NCBI RefSeq assembly: GCF_009914755.1
Contig: NC_060926.1
Source of the DNA: the human T2T-CHM13v2.0 reference genome, Homo sapiens
Length of the DNA stretch: 64,000 nt
Strand: one strand, 5' to 3'
Positions 1-16,672 of the stretch are shown here, one piece after another (positions within the stretch are counted from its first letter, which is position 1; every line of letters starts with the position of its first letter). The notes under the pieces are model-generated. The model was not told where the DNA came from. It saw nothing but the letters and a program-made list of their open reading frames with translations, and made no database searches. Position numbers and translations under genes: made by a program.

Positions 1-75
1 TACTCACTACGTGGTTCTAAAGCTGTGTCCACATTTTTAGGTATTTGTTATGGCAACACCCCACTTCTCTGGTAA

Positions 76-233
76 CACACACTCACACTAACACACACAC
101 ACTCACACTAACACACACACACACTCACAACCTCACACACCCTCACACACACGCACACTCACCCACCCTCACACACACTCATGCACACTCTCACACCCTC
201 ACTCACACACACAGACACACACACACACACACA
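76..233. repeat. Degenerate (CA)n/(CACT)n microsatellite
   Basis: Visible acacacacactcacac runs; this is the source of the His/Thr ORF at 45-275. Confidence 0.95.
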
Positions 234-619
234 CCATCCCTCCTGCATCCTCCTTCTGCCTCCACTCTAGCCTAAGCCTGCCTCCACCCTGGTGTCTGGG
301 TGGGTTCTGAGACTACTTAGCCACTCTCAGCAGGTGCAGCTCTTGCCTCAGGGTGCCGAGCTTTCCCAGAGGCCTGCTCTCCTGCTGCCTCCATCCTCCA
401 CTGGGCAGGCCCTGCTCAAGGCTGAGGAGCCAGCCCCCTACTAACATCTGCTGCTGATGGAGGGAACTCTGCCCCTAAGACAGGTCACAAGGATGCCTCC
501 CCCTTCCCTGTCACCTACCACTGCCCACAAGGCCCTGCTCCTGACATTCCTGAAATGCCATACTCTGAAGCACAGGGAAGGATGCTGAGGCAGAGGCTGC
601 TACCACTCACTCATTACCA

Positions 620-1080
620 CCCCTCTTCCCTCCTCAGCAACAGAACCCTGGCAATGTGTGCAGCTGAAGACTGCACCACCCAGGCAACCTTGCAATTAGG
701 TGTGGCCAGGTGACTCCATTCTGACTTGTCCCAGTGACATGTCAGCGGGACTGAGAAAAGTGCTTTGAAAGAGCCCATCCTTCCCCGCAAGGACTGCGTC
801 CTCCCCACGGTCCAGGATGCGGGTTCCAGGTGGATCTCCAGCAGCCAGCCCTCATGACTGCAAGGCGACCTTGAGAAAGGAAGCCATGTGCTACAGACAC
901 AGAAGATACAGAAGGACAGAGAGTCTGGGTCCCTAATGCCCATGAGCCACAGGGCCAGCCTTCCATTGCCTATGACAGGATTCTTTCATATAAACAAAAC
1001 AAGACAAACACATATGCAATCAAACAAATGTAACTTCATCCTTTCTGTTACATGCAGCTGGTTTAATCCTTCCTGACACA
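620..1080 (+). mobile_element. Old ERVL-type LTR remnant (LTR33/MLT1J-like)
   Basis: Motifs 'gcaattaggtgtggccaggtgact' and 'gagtctgggtccctaatg', and a terminus '...atccttcctgacaca'. Family recalled; boundaries approximate. Confidence 0.5.
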
Positions 1081-1363
1081 GATGCAAACAGGTGGTTAAT
1101 CCCCGGGGGAAGGAGAAAGGGCTGCTGCCCAGGTAGGAGGCCATGCAGCAAAGGGAGAACGCTGTCGGGGAGACAGATAACATCAGGGATTGGCAAGGAG
1201 GTGGGGAGACTGGTACTTGCCCCCCACCAATGCTGGTGGACAATGTTGGCAATATTTACAATATAAATGCACACGCCCTCCAACCCAACAATTACGTTTC
1301 TAGGTCTTTATTTTAGAGACACACTCATCCAGATGCACAGAGAGGCTTGTAAAGAATGTTCTT

Positions 1364-1430
1364 GGCAGGGTGCGTGGCTCATGCCTGTAATCTCAGCACT
1401 TTAGGAGGCCTAGGTGGGAGGAACACTTGA
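1364..1430 (+). mobile_element. Alu 5' fragment (about 67 bp) inside an old L1M 3' remnant
   Basis: ggcagggtgcgtggctcatgcctgtaatctcagcactttaggagg...; direct repeat agaatgttctt at 1353-1363 and 1496-1506. Confidence 0.85.
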
Positions 1431-1564
1431 TTTTGAGTATTTCAGACAATGCTGTGAAGAACATTCTATATTTCTTTGGGGTTAGAACAGCTCTTAGAAT
1501 GTTCTTGGCAGCCTTGTTTGAAATACTCAAAGTAGCTGAATGCTTACTGTTAAGGAATTGTTGA

Positions 1565-2076
<512 letters not shown>

Positions 2077-2224
2077 TGATCATCTGCACCTATTTCCAAA
2101 TAAGGTCACATTCACAGGTACTGGGGTTAGGACATTAACATGGTTTTGGGAACATGATTCAGCCCATAACACATATACTCATAAGGTTATTAGGGTGAGC
2201 TTTAATCCAATATGATTGGTGTCC

Positions 2225-3409
<1,185 letters not shown>

Positions 3410-3685
3410 GGAACAGATCCTTTGCTCAGAGGCCTCAGAAGGAACCAACCCTGCTGCCCCCTTGACCTGGGACTTCAGCCTCCCAAACTGTGAGATGATG
3501 AACGGTGAGAGAATGCATTTCTGTTGTTTAAGTCCACAGGCTGTGGTCCTTGTTACAGCAGCCCAAGCAAATGAACACAATTTGTATAGAAATACATAGG
3601 CGGCCTACTCCAGGCATGAGCCACCGCTCCCGGCCCTATATATTTCTATACAGAGTGTGTCCGTTTGTTTGGGCTGCCATAATAG

Positions 3686-4020
<335 letters not shown>

Positions 4021-4032
4021 AACAAATCTTTG

Positions 4033-5920
4033 GCTCAGGAGTTTGAGACCAGCCTGGGCAACAAGGTTGAACTCCACCTCTACAAAAAATACAAAATCAA
4101 AAAATGATAGACAGGCATGGTGGCACGTGCCTGTAGTCCCAGCTACTTGGGGGGCTGAGATGGTGTCACAGGATACTTGCGGTGTTGCTTTTCTGGCCAG
4201 AAACCTCTGTGGCCTGTGCCTGAGTTTTGCTCAGGCTTGCTGAGCTTGTTCCACCCACTTGGCCTGGCAGGCTGCACTCAGCTCACGTTACTGACTTGGA
4301 TCCCATGCCTCCAAGGGCAAGCCAGACATGGACTGGCAATGGGTGTGTGAGTGAGTGAGCATGGGATCCAGCCACTGCGCACTGTCAGGCACACTGGCTG
4401 CTGCAGTGGGATGGGCAGCTCTAGGTGCCAGCATGGGGACCAGCTCACTGCAAGGCCATGGCTGGACCAGGTGCACCGCAAGGAGATTCCGTGGTTAGCA
4501 CCAGGCAAGGTGGTGATGCTCAGAAGCTTGCAGACTCCAGAAACTGCAGGGATCCAAAGAGGGAGTCGCAGACTTGGCTCAGGGAGCTCCCAGGTCTGGG
4601 CTCCCCGAAGGGCCGCAACTCTTCTCTCCTTCTCTTCTCTCGCAATGTGGTAAGCGAGGGGTGTGTTTCAGTCCCATTTGTGTTACAGCTCTTTCAGCCC
4701 CACCATTCAGCAGGTCCCAAGTTTTTGTCCTGTGCCGAGGAAGAATGAGGAAAACAGACAAGTGGAGGGTGAACAAGGCAAAGAGGAGCTTTACTGAGCA
4801 ACAGAATGAGTAGCAGGGAAGTGGGTAGCTCCTCTCCACAGGCAGATTGTCCTGTCAAGTGTTCAGCTCTCAGCAGAGAGGAGACCCTAGGTTGGGTAGC
4901 TCCCCTCTGCAGGGAGGTTGTTTCATCTTCTCTGTAGCTCTCAATAGAGAGGAGGATTTGGAGTGGGTAACTCTTCTCTGCAGGCAGGTTGTCCTGTCAT
5001 CTCCCAAAATATGGCTGAGTCCAGGGCTTTTTGTGAGCCTCAGAGGGGGGGAAGTGCATGCTGATTGGTCCATGGGCGGCATGGGCAGGCCCAGGAAAAG
5101 GTGCCACCAGTTCCCCCTCCTCTCCTTGGGGCTGGCAGCCTGGCCCTCAGGCTTCAGGCCTTCCCCAGCCTAAAGGTGAGGCTTCACTGGGGACCCACCC
5201 CTTTCCGCCCCAGAGTCTGTCTGTTTCCTATTGCTTTCTATGGCGCCCATGCTGTTTGTGCCAAGGGGCACCTACAGGCCAGCACCAAGCTGCCCTCAGT
5301 GCCCCCTCAGCCTCCCTCCCCTGCTCATCAGCACTCAAAGTCCAGAGGGGGCTGAGGCAGCAGGGGGGAGGTGTTTCAGCACTGCCCCAAGCATGCGCAC
5401 ACCTGGCCAGGCTGCGATAGCACCCAAGCTTGACCCCAACCTTGTTCTGAGATCAGAGCAGGCACTGGGAGCAGGGAGAGGCCAGGCAGTGGGAGCAGAC
5501 ACCTGTGAGCCTGCAGGAACAGTGAGGGTTTCCTGGGCCCCCAAGAGTGCAGAGATGCCCAGGTCGACAACCACAGCTTGGGCAGCTGCACCTGCACCCA
5601 GGAGTGTGGGACTCCTGACTGCTCCCAGCCCCCTGGAGCACAGGGAGGCCCGGGTCCACAGCTGAGACTTAGGCAGCTGCCGTTGTGCCCAGGGAGCTTC
5701 CACTCTGCTAACTCGGAAGGGGTGGGGCTCCCGCTTGTCCCTGGTTCCAGCTGGCTCCATGGAGTGTGTAGCCCTGGCCACACCTCCCCTCTGTAGCTGG
5801 CATCTTGGCAGCAGCCGATCCAATGGGAGGATTGTGTGAGCCCAGGAGGTTGCAGTGAGCTGAGATCGCACGACTATACTCCAGCCTGGGTAACAAAGTG
5901 AGACCTGGTCTTAAAAAAAA
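4033..5920 (+). mobile_element. AluJ-like element split by a MER52 LTR (4033-4163 and 5823-5920)
   Basis: Alu sequence stops at ...gctgagatgg and resumes as atgggaggatt...gcagtgagctgagatcgc followed by an A tail. Confidence 0.85.
4164..5822 (-). mobile_element. MER52-family solo LTR (ERV1)
   Basis: GC-rich, 1.66 kb, homologous in reverse to 30556-32316; flanked by atgg on both sides. Confidence 0.85.
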
Positions 5921-6893
5921 GAAGGAAATATATAGCAAAAGTCTGGAAGACTGGATCCCTTTGAGGGGGACCTGGATGGGTTTAATAAGATGGGAGAAGA
6001 GCTTAATAAGAATCTCTTATTTGTATAATTAAAAAGAAAATGTTAAGATACATTTTTAAAACAAAAGATTCTTCATCTAATTTAATCCCCATCTCATCCC
6101 TCACAACCACAGCAGGAAAACTGAGTCCACATAGCAATTTCTCACCCTCTTTTCATTTTTATTTTTTGCCAGAATAAAAGGTGTCAGTGTTGCTCTGGCC
6201 ACTGTTGTGGTTAGCAATGTGAATTCTGTGCCTTCAGTGCCTCTGATGGGAATCCTGCTTTGGAGGATGTGCCTCCTTCTCCATCCAGGGAGGAATTCCA
6301 CCTGTAGCTTAAGACCCTCCCTCTGTTTAAATTCCTGGAGATTTTGCTGGAAGGAGTTGAAGGCAGGTTTCCTTTTGTAAGAGGCCATCCGGGCCACAAT
6401 CTCAGGCCTAGAAGGGCTCTGAAATAGAGTTAGGGTGCCCCTCCATCCCCTCCTGCTGGAACAGTCACCAGACACCCCAGTAGAGGCCGTGTCTTCCCGA
6501 CACCCTGCCCACCGAGACCCAGGAGGCTGGACTGCCAAAGACCCCATTTCAACAAGGGGAGCATCTGGATACTGTGTGGGCTTTGACAGGGAATAAAACA
6601 GGGTGTGAAACCCTTTTGTCCAACCCTGACTTTGGCAGGTTCTAAAACAGGTGGGGAGGCGTTGTAACACTGCTGGCTCTCCACAGTCAGCCTTGTCTTC
6701 CTTCTTTGCCCATCTGGCCCACAGGCTCAGGGAAGGTGACCAGAGTCCCATCTCCAGCTCAGCCCAATCTGATTGACTGAACCAGTCACAGTGGCCCCAT
6801 TCCCCTTGTCCATTGTTGGTTTACAAATGGGCATGTGATGCAGCTCTGGCCAATGAGATGTACAGGAACATTTGCTGGGGGATAGTTTCTTAG

Positions 6894-7215
<322 letters not shown>

Positions 7216-7449
7216 GATGGGGGATAGTTTCTTAAAAAAACTCACAGCGAATCTTCCCCGCAGAGCTGGGAGTCTGCGTGGGCCTGCAGCTGCCATCTGG
7301 CAGGCATGGGAGGTGGGGCCAGGCTGTATGCTGAGGATGGCTGAGGGGGAAGGACTCTTTTTTCGCTCCTGTTTTTTTAAAGTTGTACATCAATATTTTA
7401 TAATTGTATAAATTGTTGGAGTACAAAGCGATGTTATGATTTATGATTC

Positions 7450-7734
7450 TTTTTTTAGAGAGTGGGGGTCTTGCTCGGTTACCCAGGCTGGATTTCAGTG
7501 CCATAATCATAGCTCACTGCAGCCTCAAACTCCTGGCCTTAAGCGATCCTCTTGCCTCGCCTCTCAAGTAGGGGGGAGTATAGGCATGTGCCACCACATC
7601 TCTACACATTTTTTTGTAGAGATAGGGTCTTACTATATTGCCCAGGCTGGCCTCCAACTTCTGGCTTCAAGTGATCCTCCCGCTTCAGCCTCCCAGAGTG
7701 CTGGGATTACAGGCACGAGCCTCTGTGCCCATCC
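7450..7734 (-). mobile_element. AluJ
   Basis: Diverged Alu (atcatagctcactgcagcctcaaactcc); TSD atgatttatgattctt. Confidence 0.9.
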
Positions 7735-8598
7735 ATGATTTATGATTCTTGATGGTACCAAATTGAGCTACTAAAGTAGCTGACCCGGAGTTGCCTTGCC
7801 TTGGGGCTGCCTGTGATGTGGGATGACAAAGCCTCCTTGTTTAGGTCATTGGAATTAGGTTTCCTGTTGCTCATGGCTGCAAACATCCTAACAGATATGT
7901 GAGGAGACCACCTCCAGCTCACCAAATACACCCCCTCTCCTTTCTTCTCAATAATCAGTGAAATTTGCTATTTCGTGCGCGCTGTGTTCCCTACCGCCGC
8001 TTGCTCCTGCTCAGGTGGGGTGAGCCTCCTCCCAGCCAATTACTGGAAATTTCTGCCAAGGGGCATCTTGGAGCCTCTCTCACCCCCGTTCTCACCAAAT
8101 ACAGGCACTTCCTCTGAGAGGACGGCAGAGGGCGCAGATTTAGCTTCTGTCCTGCGAATGAAGCACGCAGTACAAGGTTCCAAACTGCAAGTCAACAGCA
8201 AGCACGAAGCAGCCACACTGGAAATGGGGTGCCTCCATCGCCTGGGGCTGTGGGCTGCCATCCTCTGCCAAGCGGATGCTCTGCCACCAGCTCCACTGAC
8301 ATGGGCAAGCCACTTCCTGTCGCCCTGGCCCCCAGCTCCTCATGTGTAAACATGGGGGTTGAATGGGCCTCTTCCAACTAGCTGGGTTTCATCTGTTGGC
8401 TGAAAACAACGGTCCCAGTGTGCCAGCCAAAAGCAAGCCTTTCACGCCCAGACTCAGCCTCAGGGACTGCAGGGGCCAGCTCCCCCAGAGGGGCCCGGGG
8501 ACAATGATGTCAAATCTGTGACATCAACACCCACACAGAAAGGATCCAGTCCTTTCAGCCTCTCAGACTCTCTCAAACTGTAACGAAATGGGTGGGGT

Positions 8599-8885
<287 letters not shown>

Positions 8886-8917
8886 CGAAATGGTTATTTG
8901 AAAGGATACAAGGAGTG

Positions 8918-9434
8918 GCGTAATCACAGAACCAGACCAAACTGAGCCTACTCTGTTGATAAGAGAATGTCAAGTTACCTTGTAGGTATAACCAAGCCAA
9001 AACTGCGAGTCATGTAGTCCAGGCACAATAGAAAAAGCTTTGACCTCTAACAACACCGGAACCAATGATTTCTTCCTGCAGAGCCAACAGGACTGGGACA
9101 TGACCAGAACCTGAACACTGGAACCCTTTCAAAAGGAAGGAGTCTATGGGCCTGGAAGATCTGGGGCTAAAATCTGCCTCAACATACCTTACCACAAATG
9201 GTTAAATTTGAAGCCCTCCAATCAGACCCTGCCAAGCCAACATTCCTAAATACTTTCCCTTGCCCTCTGACCCCTTAAAACGTGCCCCACACCCCAAATT
9301 GGAGAGAGAAGTTTGAGCTGTGCCTCCTGTCTCCTTGCTGGTCTGCCTCACAATGAAGCTTTTCTTTTCTCAAAGCTGGAGCAGCAGTGTTGGCTTCTGT
9401 GCAGTCAGGCAGCAAGCCCATTTGCTCGGTAATA
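8918..9434 (+). mobile_element. ERV1-type solo LTR (subfamily not assigned)
   Basis: LTR-like 3' end (gcaagcccatttgctcggtaata); shares tgttgataa.ag..tgtcaagttac with 50153-50712. Confidence 0.6.
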
Positions 9435-9576
9435 GCTGGAGTGAGAGTACTGAGACAGTAGAGATAAGACTTGGCTTCAGCTCAGCCCCACTACAGCATT
9501 CCCACGGATCACAAAACCCACACCACTACCCCACGATGCCATAATGTTTAACCATGCCGCTTACTTAAAGAACTCT

Positions 9577-9878
9577 GGCCAGGCGCAGTGGCTCACATGT
9601 GTAATCCTAGCATTTTGAGAGGCGAGGCAGGCGGATCGCTTGAGTCTGTAAGTTTTAGACCTGCTTGGGCAACATGACAAAACCCCGTCTCTCCAAAAAA
9701 ATACAAAAATTAGCTGAGCATAGTGACAAACACGTGTAGTCCCAGCTACTCAGGAGTCTGAGGTGGGAGGATCACTTGAGCCCAGGGAGGTCAAGTCTGC
9801 AGTGAGTCATGATGGTGCCATTGTACTCCAGCCTGGCAACACAGCAAGACCCTGTCTCAAAAAAAAGAAAAAAAAAAA
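9577..9878 (+). mobile_element. AluJ
   Basis: ggccaggcgcagtggctc...gagcccagggaggtcaag followed by an A tail. Confidence 0.92.
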
Positions 9879-10183
9879 TTCCAGGAACTGGCCTGAGGAG
9901 ATAACCAAGGTTGCACAGTGTCGCATCCCAGGAAGGAATTCTGAACAATTGATTTAAAGCTTTGTTGCTACCAGCCAGACCACCAGGTGGCCCATTATTA
10001 TTAATGGGTCATGGTTATCCTGACCATGAAAACCATGGCAATCAAATATGCTGACCTGCACACCCTACCCCTTATGAGGTCTGCCCGGCTCAGCCTGCTC
10101 GCCCTACCCCTGATATTAGTTCCTATGCTTTGTCTAATAAAAAAATCTCCACCAGCTCTTTTTGGAGAGTCAGTCAGGAAATT

Positions 10184-10382
10184 CTCTCTCTCTCTCTCCC
10201 TCTCTCTCTCTCTGTCTCTCTCTCTTTCTGTCGCTCTCTCTGCCTTTCTCTCACTGTCTTTCTGTCTCTCTCTGTCTCTGTCCTTCTGTCTCTTTCTCTG
10301 TCTTTCTGTCTTTTTCTCTGTCTCTGTCTCTCTCTGTCTCTCACTCTCTGTCTCTCCGTCACTCTCTCTCTCTGTCTCTCTA

Positions 10383-10418
<36 letters not shown>

Positions 10419-10419
10419 C
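10184..10419. repeat. Compound (TC)n/(TCTG)n microsatellite of about 235 bp
   Basis: Visible directly; explains the SLSLS and ERERE ORFs. Confidence 0.97.
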
Positions 10420-11027
10420 TAGTGCTGCCTCCCTTATGTCCAGGCATAAGCTCTAATGAAGCCTCGTCTGGGAAAACTCTTTTGGCCTCATGTCAATTTC
10501 TTTTACATCCAGAGCCAACAGCCTGTGGTGGGTAATCGTCCCTTCTCTAATTACTTGCCCAGCATCTACCAAGCAGGCCCTGTCAGCGGGAGTCCTGCCT
10601 GCACTCCTCCCGGGGCGGATGCTCTCCTCTTGGCTAGCCCAGACAGGTGCCCTTGGGGCTCCCCGCCAGGCAGGCACTGACCTCCCGCGGTCCAGCCACC
10701 TCCTGCTCTCAGGGATGCCCCAGCCGGATCTCAGCCCAGCAATCCCGGGTCTCCAGCCTGCCGCTCCACCCTGGGCTGCCTCCTGACTGTTAACACATGA
10801 CATTGACAGGGACTGTCTCTGTTATGGGTTGAATGTTTGTGTTCCCCCAAAGGAAACGAGAATATTTCACCCCAAAATATACCTCTTTGGCTTATTTTGA
10901 GATGGCTATTCAGAGAGGCTGCAAACAGAAGAAGGACTTTGAAAAGCTGCCTTTCGTGAGGGAGAGTTGCACCTGGAGAGAAAATCTATGTTAGTGAAAT
11001 CAATGCCCAGGCTTTCCCTGAGGACCC

Positions 11028-11897
11028 TGTAAGCAAGTGGGGTGCAGGGGTGAGGGGGTTGGGGGATCTCAAAGGATTATAGGAATTTAATCAACTTAAG
11101 CAATCAGCCTGTTTTGGGTTTTTTTGTTTTGTTTTGTTTTTTGTTTTTTTTGAGACAGAGTCTCGCTCTTTCACTCAGGCTGGAGTGCCAGGCTGGAGTG
11201 TGATCTCGGTTCACTGCGAACTCCACCTCCCTGGTTCAAGGATTTCTCCTGCCTCAGCCTCCCGAGTAGCTGGGACTACAGGCTCGTGCTACCACGCCCA
11301 GCTAATTTTTGTATTTTTAGTAGAGACAGGGTTTCACCATGTTGACCAGGCTGGTCTTGAACTCCTGACCTCAGGTGATCCACCCACCTTGGCCTCTCAA
11401 AGTGTTAGATTACAGGCTTGAACCCCCACGCCCAGCCTATCAGCCTGTTTTACAGCCTCCTGCCCTGCAGCCTGTTTCTTCCAAGCCCTGTTTAGAATGC
11501 AGTCACCCACTTGATTCAAACCAGCTCCCAACAGACCCTAGCAACTTACAGATGAACCCAAGTGACCTTTCTTGTTACCATGCTAAAGTCTCCACCCCAG
11601 GAAGGGCTGCAGCTCAGCTCCATCACCATCACATGCGACCTATGTGCTGGCATGAGGATCACTGCGTCTGCACCTCTGGGACCCCTCCTCCACATGCGAA
11701 GACACATCCTCTCCCCCTCCATCGCCCCATGAAACCCTCCTGTCACTTTCCCTCAGGGGACACTGCCTTGGAGAATACTCCCAGGGTTCTACCTACTTGG
11801 GCCAGGTAATAAAACTTTTATTGATCAAAACCTGCATCCTCATGGAGAGTCATTTGTTACTCACCAGGCAAACAAACCCGGTTTTGGGGGTAATGCC
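11028..11897 (+). mobile_element. ERV1-type solo LTR containing an AluS (about 11119-11437, minus strand)
   Basis: Starts tgtaag; polyA signal gtaataaaac; Alu TSD atcagcctgtttt. Confidence 0.7.
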
Positions 11898-12034
11898 TCC
11901 CTTATCTGAATCTAGGAAAGATTAACTCAGGAAAATAAACACTGAAGTCTGACACTTTTAAAGGTCTCAGAGAGAATCTTTTACCAAAGGCCACCATCTA
12001 TTCTTTCTGAGGGCAGCTCTGAGTTTACCTGGGA

Positions 12035-12347
12035 TTTTTTTTTTTTTTTTTTTTTCTCTTTTTCGGGACAGGGTCTTGCTGTGTTGCTCAGGCTGGAGGG
12101 CAGTAGTGCAATGAGAGCTCACTGCAGCCTCAAACTCCCAGGCTCTATAGATCCTCCCACCTTAGCCTCCTGAGTAGCTGGGACTACAGGTGCACACCAC
12201 CATGCCCAGCTAATTTTTAAAAATTATTTTCAGAGATGGTATCTCGCTATGTTGCTAGGGCTGGTCTCAAACTCCTGGGCTCAAGCGATTCTCCTGCCTC
12301 AGTCTCCCAAAGTGCTGGGATTACAGGCATTAGCCACAATGTCCGGC
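12035..12347 (-). mobile_element. AluJ
   Basis: Poly-T followed by diverged Alu body. Confidence 0.92.
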
Positions 12348-12563
12348 TGAGGGATATTTTCATCTGCACCACAAGACAGCCTTTGTTAGACACACTTTCC
12401 CATAACCTGTGTCCCTCTATAACCTCAGGATGATGTAAAAACTTCAGTGGCCTGGCCCCTTCTTTGAGTCTTATATTTTGTATGTGTCTCTTCTGTTCAT
12501 ATGCATGTCAATAAATTTGTACATTCACACCAAAAAAATTATATTCCTTTTTTTCCTGTTTTG

Positions 12564-12864
12564 TTTTTTTTTTTTTTTTTTTTTTTTTTTTCAGACGGAG
12601 TCTTGCTCTGTCACCCAGGCTGGAGTGCAGTGGCGCAATCTCGGCTCGGCTCACTGCAACCTCTGCCTCCCCGGTTCAAGTGATTCTCCTGCCTCAGCCT
12701 CCCTAGTAGCTAAGATTACACGCCCAGCTAATTTTTGTATTTATAGTAAAGATGGGGTTTCACCATGTTGGCCAGACTGGTCTTGAACTCCTGACCTCAA
12801 GTGATCCTCCCTCCTCGGCCTCCCAAAGTGCTGGGATTACAGGCGTGAGCCACTGAGCCCAACC
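12564..12864 (-). mobile_element. AluS
   Basis: Poly-T followed by Alu body with a small deletion. Confidence 0.92.
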
Positions 12865-13110
12865 GTTTTTTCCTATTGATCTGTCTTTTGTTACAGAGGT
12901 GTCCCAGCTAGGAACTTATGAGGGTTGAGAAAAGAAATTATACATTTTTTTCTCCCCTTCACCTCCAAATTCCTATGTTGATGCCCTCACCACCAATGTG
13001 ACTACATTGGGAGATAGGGCCTATAAGGAAGCAATAAGGGTTAAACGAGGTGAGGTCGAGGGTGGGACCCTGTTCTGCAGGATTAGTGACCTTGTAAGAA
13101 GAGACACCAC

Positions 13111-13965
13111 GGCTGGGCACGGTGGTTCACGTCTTTATTCCAACACTTTGGGAGGCCAAGGGAGGAGGATCGCTTGAGTTCAGGAGTTTAAGACAAGCCT
13201 GGGCACCATGCTGAAACTTCATCTCTACTAAAAAGTACAAAAATTAGCTGGGTGTGGTGGCATGCACCTGTAACCCCAGCTAGTCAAGAGTCTGAGGCAC
13301 GAATATCGCTTGAACCTGGGAGGCAGAGGCTGCAGTGAGCTGAGATCGCACCACTGTGTCAGAGGCGTGTTAACCAGAGCAACTCCATCTTGACTAAGAG
13401 CTGGGTAAAATGAGGCAGAACCCTACTGGGCTGCATTCCCAGGCAGTTAAGGCATTCTAAGTCACAGGATGAGATAGGCGGTCAGCACAAGATACAGGTC
13501 ATGAAGACCTTGCCGATAAAACAGTTTGCAGAAAAGAAGCTGGCTAAATCCTACCAAAACCAAGATAGCCACAAGAGTGACCTCTGGTCGTCCTCACTGC
13601 TACACTCCCGCCAGTGCCATGACAGTTTACAGATGCCATGGCAACATCAGGAAGTTACCCGATATGATCTAAAAAGGAGAGGCATGAATAATCCACCCCT
13701 TGTCTAGCATATCATCAAGAAATAACCATAAAAATGGGCAACCAGGAGCCCTTGGGGCTGCCCTGTCTATGGAGTAGCCATTCTTTTATTCCTTTACTTT
13801 CGTAGTAAACTTGCTTTCACTTTGCACTGAAGACTCGCCCTGAATTCTTTCTTGCACGAGATCCAAGAACCCTCTCTTGGGGTCTGGATCAGGACCCCTT
13901 TCCTGTAACAACTGCACTCAAGCCTGGGTGATGAAGCAAGACCCTGTCTCTAAATAAATAAATAA
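13111..13965 (+). mobile_element. Alu (Jb/Sz-like) split by MER41 (13111-13356 and 13911-13965)
   Basis: The Alu breaks at ccactg and resumes at actgcactcaagcctggg. Confidence 0.9.
13357..13910 (+). mobile_element. MER41A solo LTR
   Basis: tgtcagaggcgt...cccctttcctgtaaca; 4-bp TSD actg; lacks the tandem GAS segment of MER41B. Confidence 0.88.
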
Positions 13966-14409
13966 GAAGGAAAAAAGAATAAGCTCCTTTATTCCTTCTC
14001 GTGTTTCCGCTTTAACAGTGCCACTTAGAGGACAAGAGCCAGAGGCTTGGTTTGGATAGGGTGTGTAGTCGGTGAACAAACAAGAGACAGGCTCTGGCTG
14101 GAATGGGGTGGGTGATTGGTCCAAGCCCAACAATTTTTCCTTAACATATGATACTCACTGGCTCCAAGTGCTGGGTGCTGTACACCCAGCAGACACATGG
14201 GTCCAGAAGACAGAGTTACAGGGAGGTTTAGAGAAGCGAGGGACAGGTGAATGGGGCAATGTCCAGGGCTGGGGGCCAGGCAGGGCATTCCACTGCTGCA
14301 ACTGTAGTCCTGTTGATTGTTCCCCTAGGATTGGCCAGAGAAGCCCAATCTTAGCATTATCTTCCTGTGGCCCCATAACAATTTGTATAGTGGTCATAAC
14401 ATGTGTATT

Positions 14410-15667
<1,258 letters not shown>

Positions 15668-15787
15668 GTTACTATTCTAGAGTCTGAGAAAATATCATCA
15701 CCACAAATATACTCAGGGAAATAACACAAAAGGAAAGAATTCTTTTCACAAAGGAACTCTTTGTAAAGAGAAATTAGAATCAAGCTA

Positions 15788-16184
<397 letters not shown>

Positions 16185-16195
16185 TTATTTTCTCC

Positions 16196-16642
16196 AGAAC
16201 CATCTTCCCAACTAGGCCTTGACTTTTAGGTCTCTGTGTTCATCTCTGCATTGTCCAATTTTAGCAAGAACCCTGCTAAGTTGGTTTAGCCAGAACCCCC
16301 TCCCTCATTATCTGATCACCCTTGATGTCAGATCAGGTTCCTCATCCTCACCAACCCCAAGGCGATGTCCCATCACGCTGGCCTGTGAGGTGGGTTTAGC
16401 CAGAAGCCCTCTGACCCCCGAGGCTTCCTCTTAGTAGTTTTCCAGCCACTGAACCCCATCCACCCTGGGAGGCTGTACATTTCCCTTTTCCTTGTTATGT
16501 TTGGAATTGGGCCCACTCTCTCATCCCTGCTGCAGAGGCCCATTGCAGTAGTGCCTACACCTATACCCTGAATAAAAGAAACAGGTCTTGAATAAAGTCT
16601 ACCTTCCTGCCTTGAACAAGCACCATTTATTAATTTTTAACA
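16196..16642 (+). mobile_element. MER31-like LTR (5' LTR, 5'-truncated)
   Basis: ttagcaagaaccctgctaagttggtttagccagaaccccc; ends tttaaca; homologous to 35180-35529. Confidence 0.72.
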
Positions 16643-16646
16643 ATTA

Positions 16647-16664
16647 AGGTGCTGTGATTCAGAT
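16647..16664 (+). promoter_or_regulatory. Degenerate retroviral primer-binding site (tRNA-His type)
   Basis: aggtgctgtgattcagat matches TGGTGCCGTGACTCGGAT at 14/18 and lies just after the LTR. Confidence 0.6.
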
Positions 16665-16672
16665 AGGATCAG

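Larger units (their letters stand above)
9451..10537 (+). mobile_element. ERV1-type LTR (MER66-like) containing an Alu and a TC microsatellite
   Basis: Starts tgagacag; LTR-like U5 tgtcaatttcttttacat...gggtaat. Family recalled only. Confidence 0.55.
10851..12961 (+). mobile_element. MER34/MER39-group ERV1 LTR, interrupted by an LTR and two Alus
   Basis: ccccaaaatatacctctttggcttattttgagatggctattcagag (also seen at 14410-14480); end ttttttctccccttca. Confidence 0.7.
10820..13110 (+). mobile_element. MLT1A LTR (10820-10850 and 12962-13110) split by nested LTRs
   Basis: tgttatgggttgaatgtttgtgttcccc...cctccaaattcctatgttgatgccc...gtaagaagagacacc. Confidence 0.75.

Noticed and set aside
6101-6751. 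216-aa minus-strand ORF as a gene
   Set aside because: No recognisable domain, it starts inside an LTR16-like remnant, and there is no supporting exon structure. A lncRNA exon cannot be excluded without expression data.
7900-8590. Apparently unique segment as a coding exon
   Set aside because: The overlapping short ORFs show no recognisable homology, and I cannot support an exon from sequence alone.
10001-10535. ER-rich and SL-rich ORFs
   Set aside because: They are translations of the TC microsatellite.
13357-13910. MER41 as an interferon/STAT1-inducible enhancer
   Set aside because: The sequence runs aaaaggagaggcatgaataatcc, lacking the tandem GAS segment of MER41B; it is the MER41A type.
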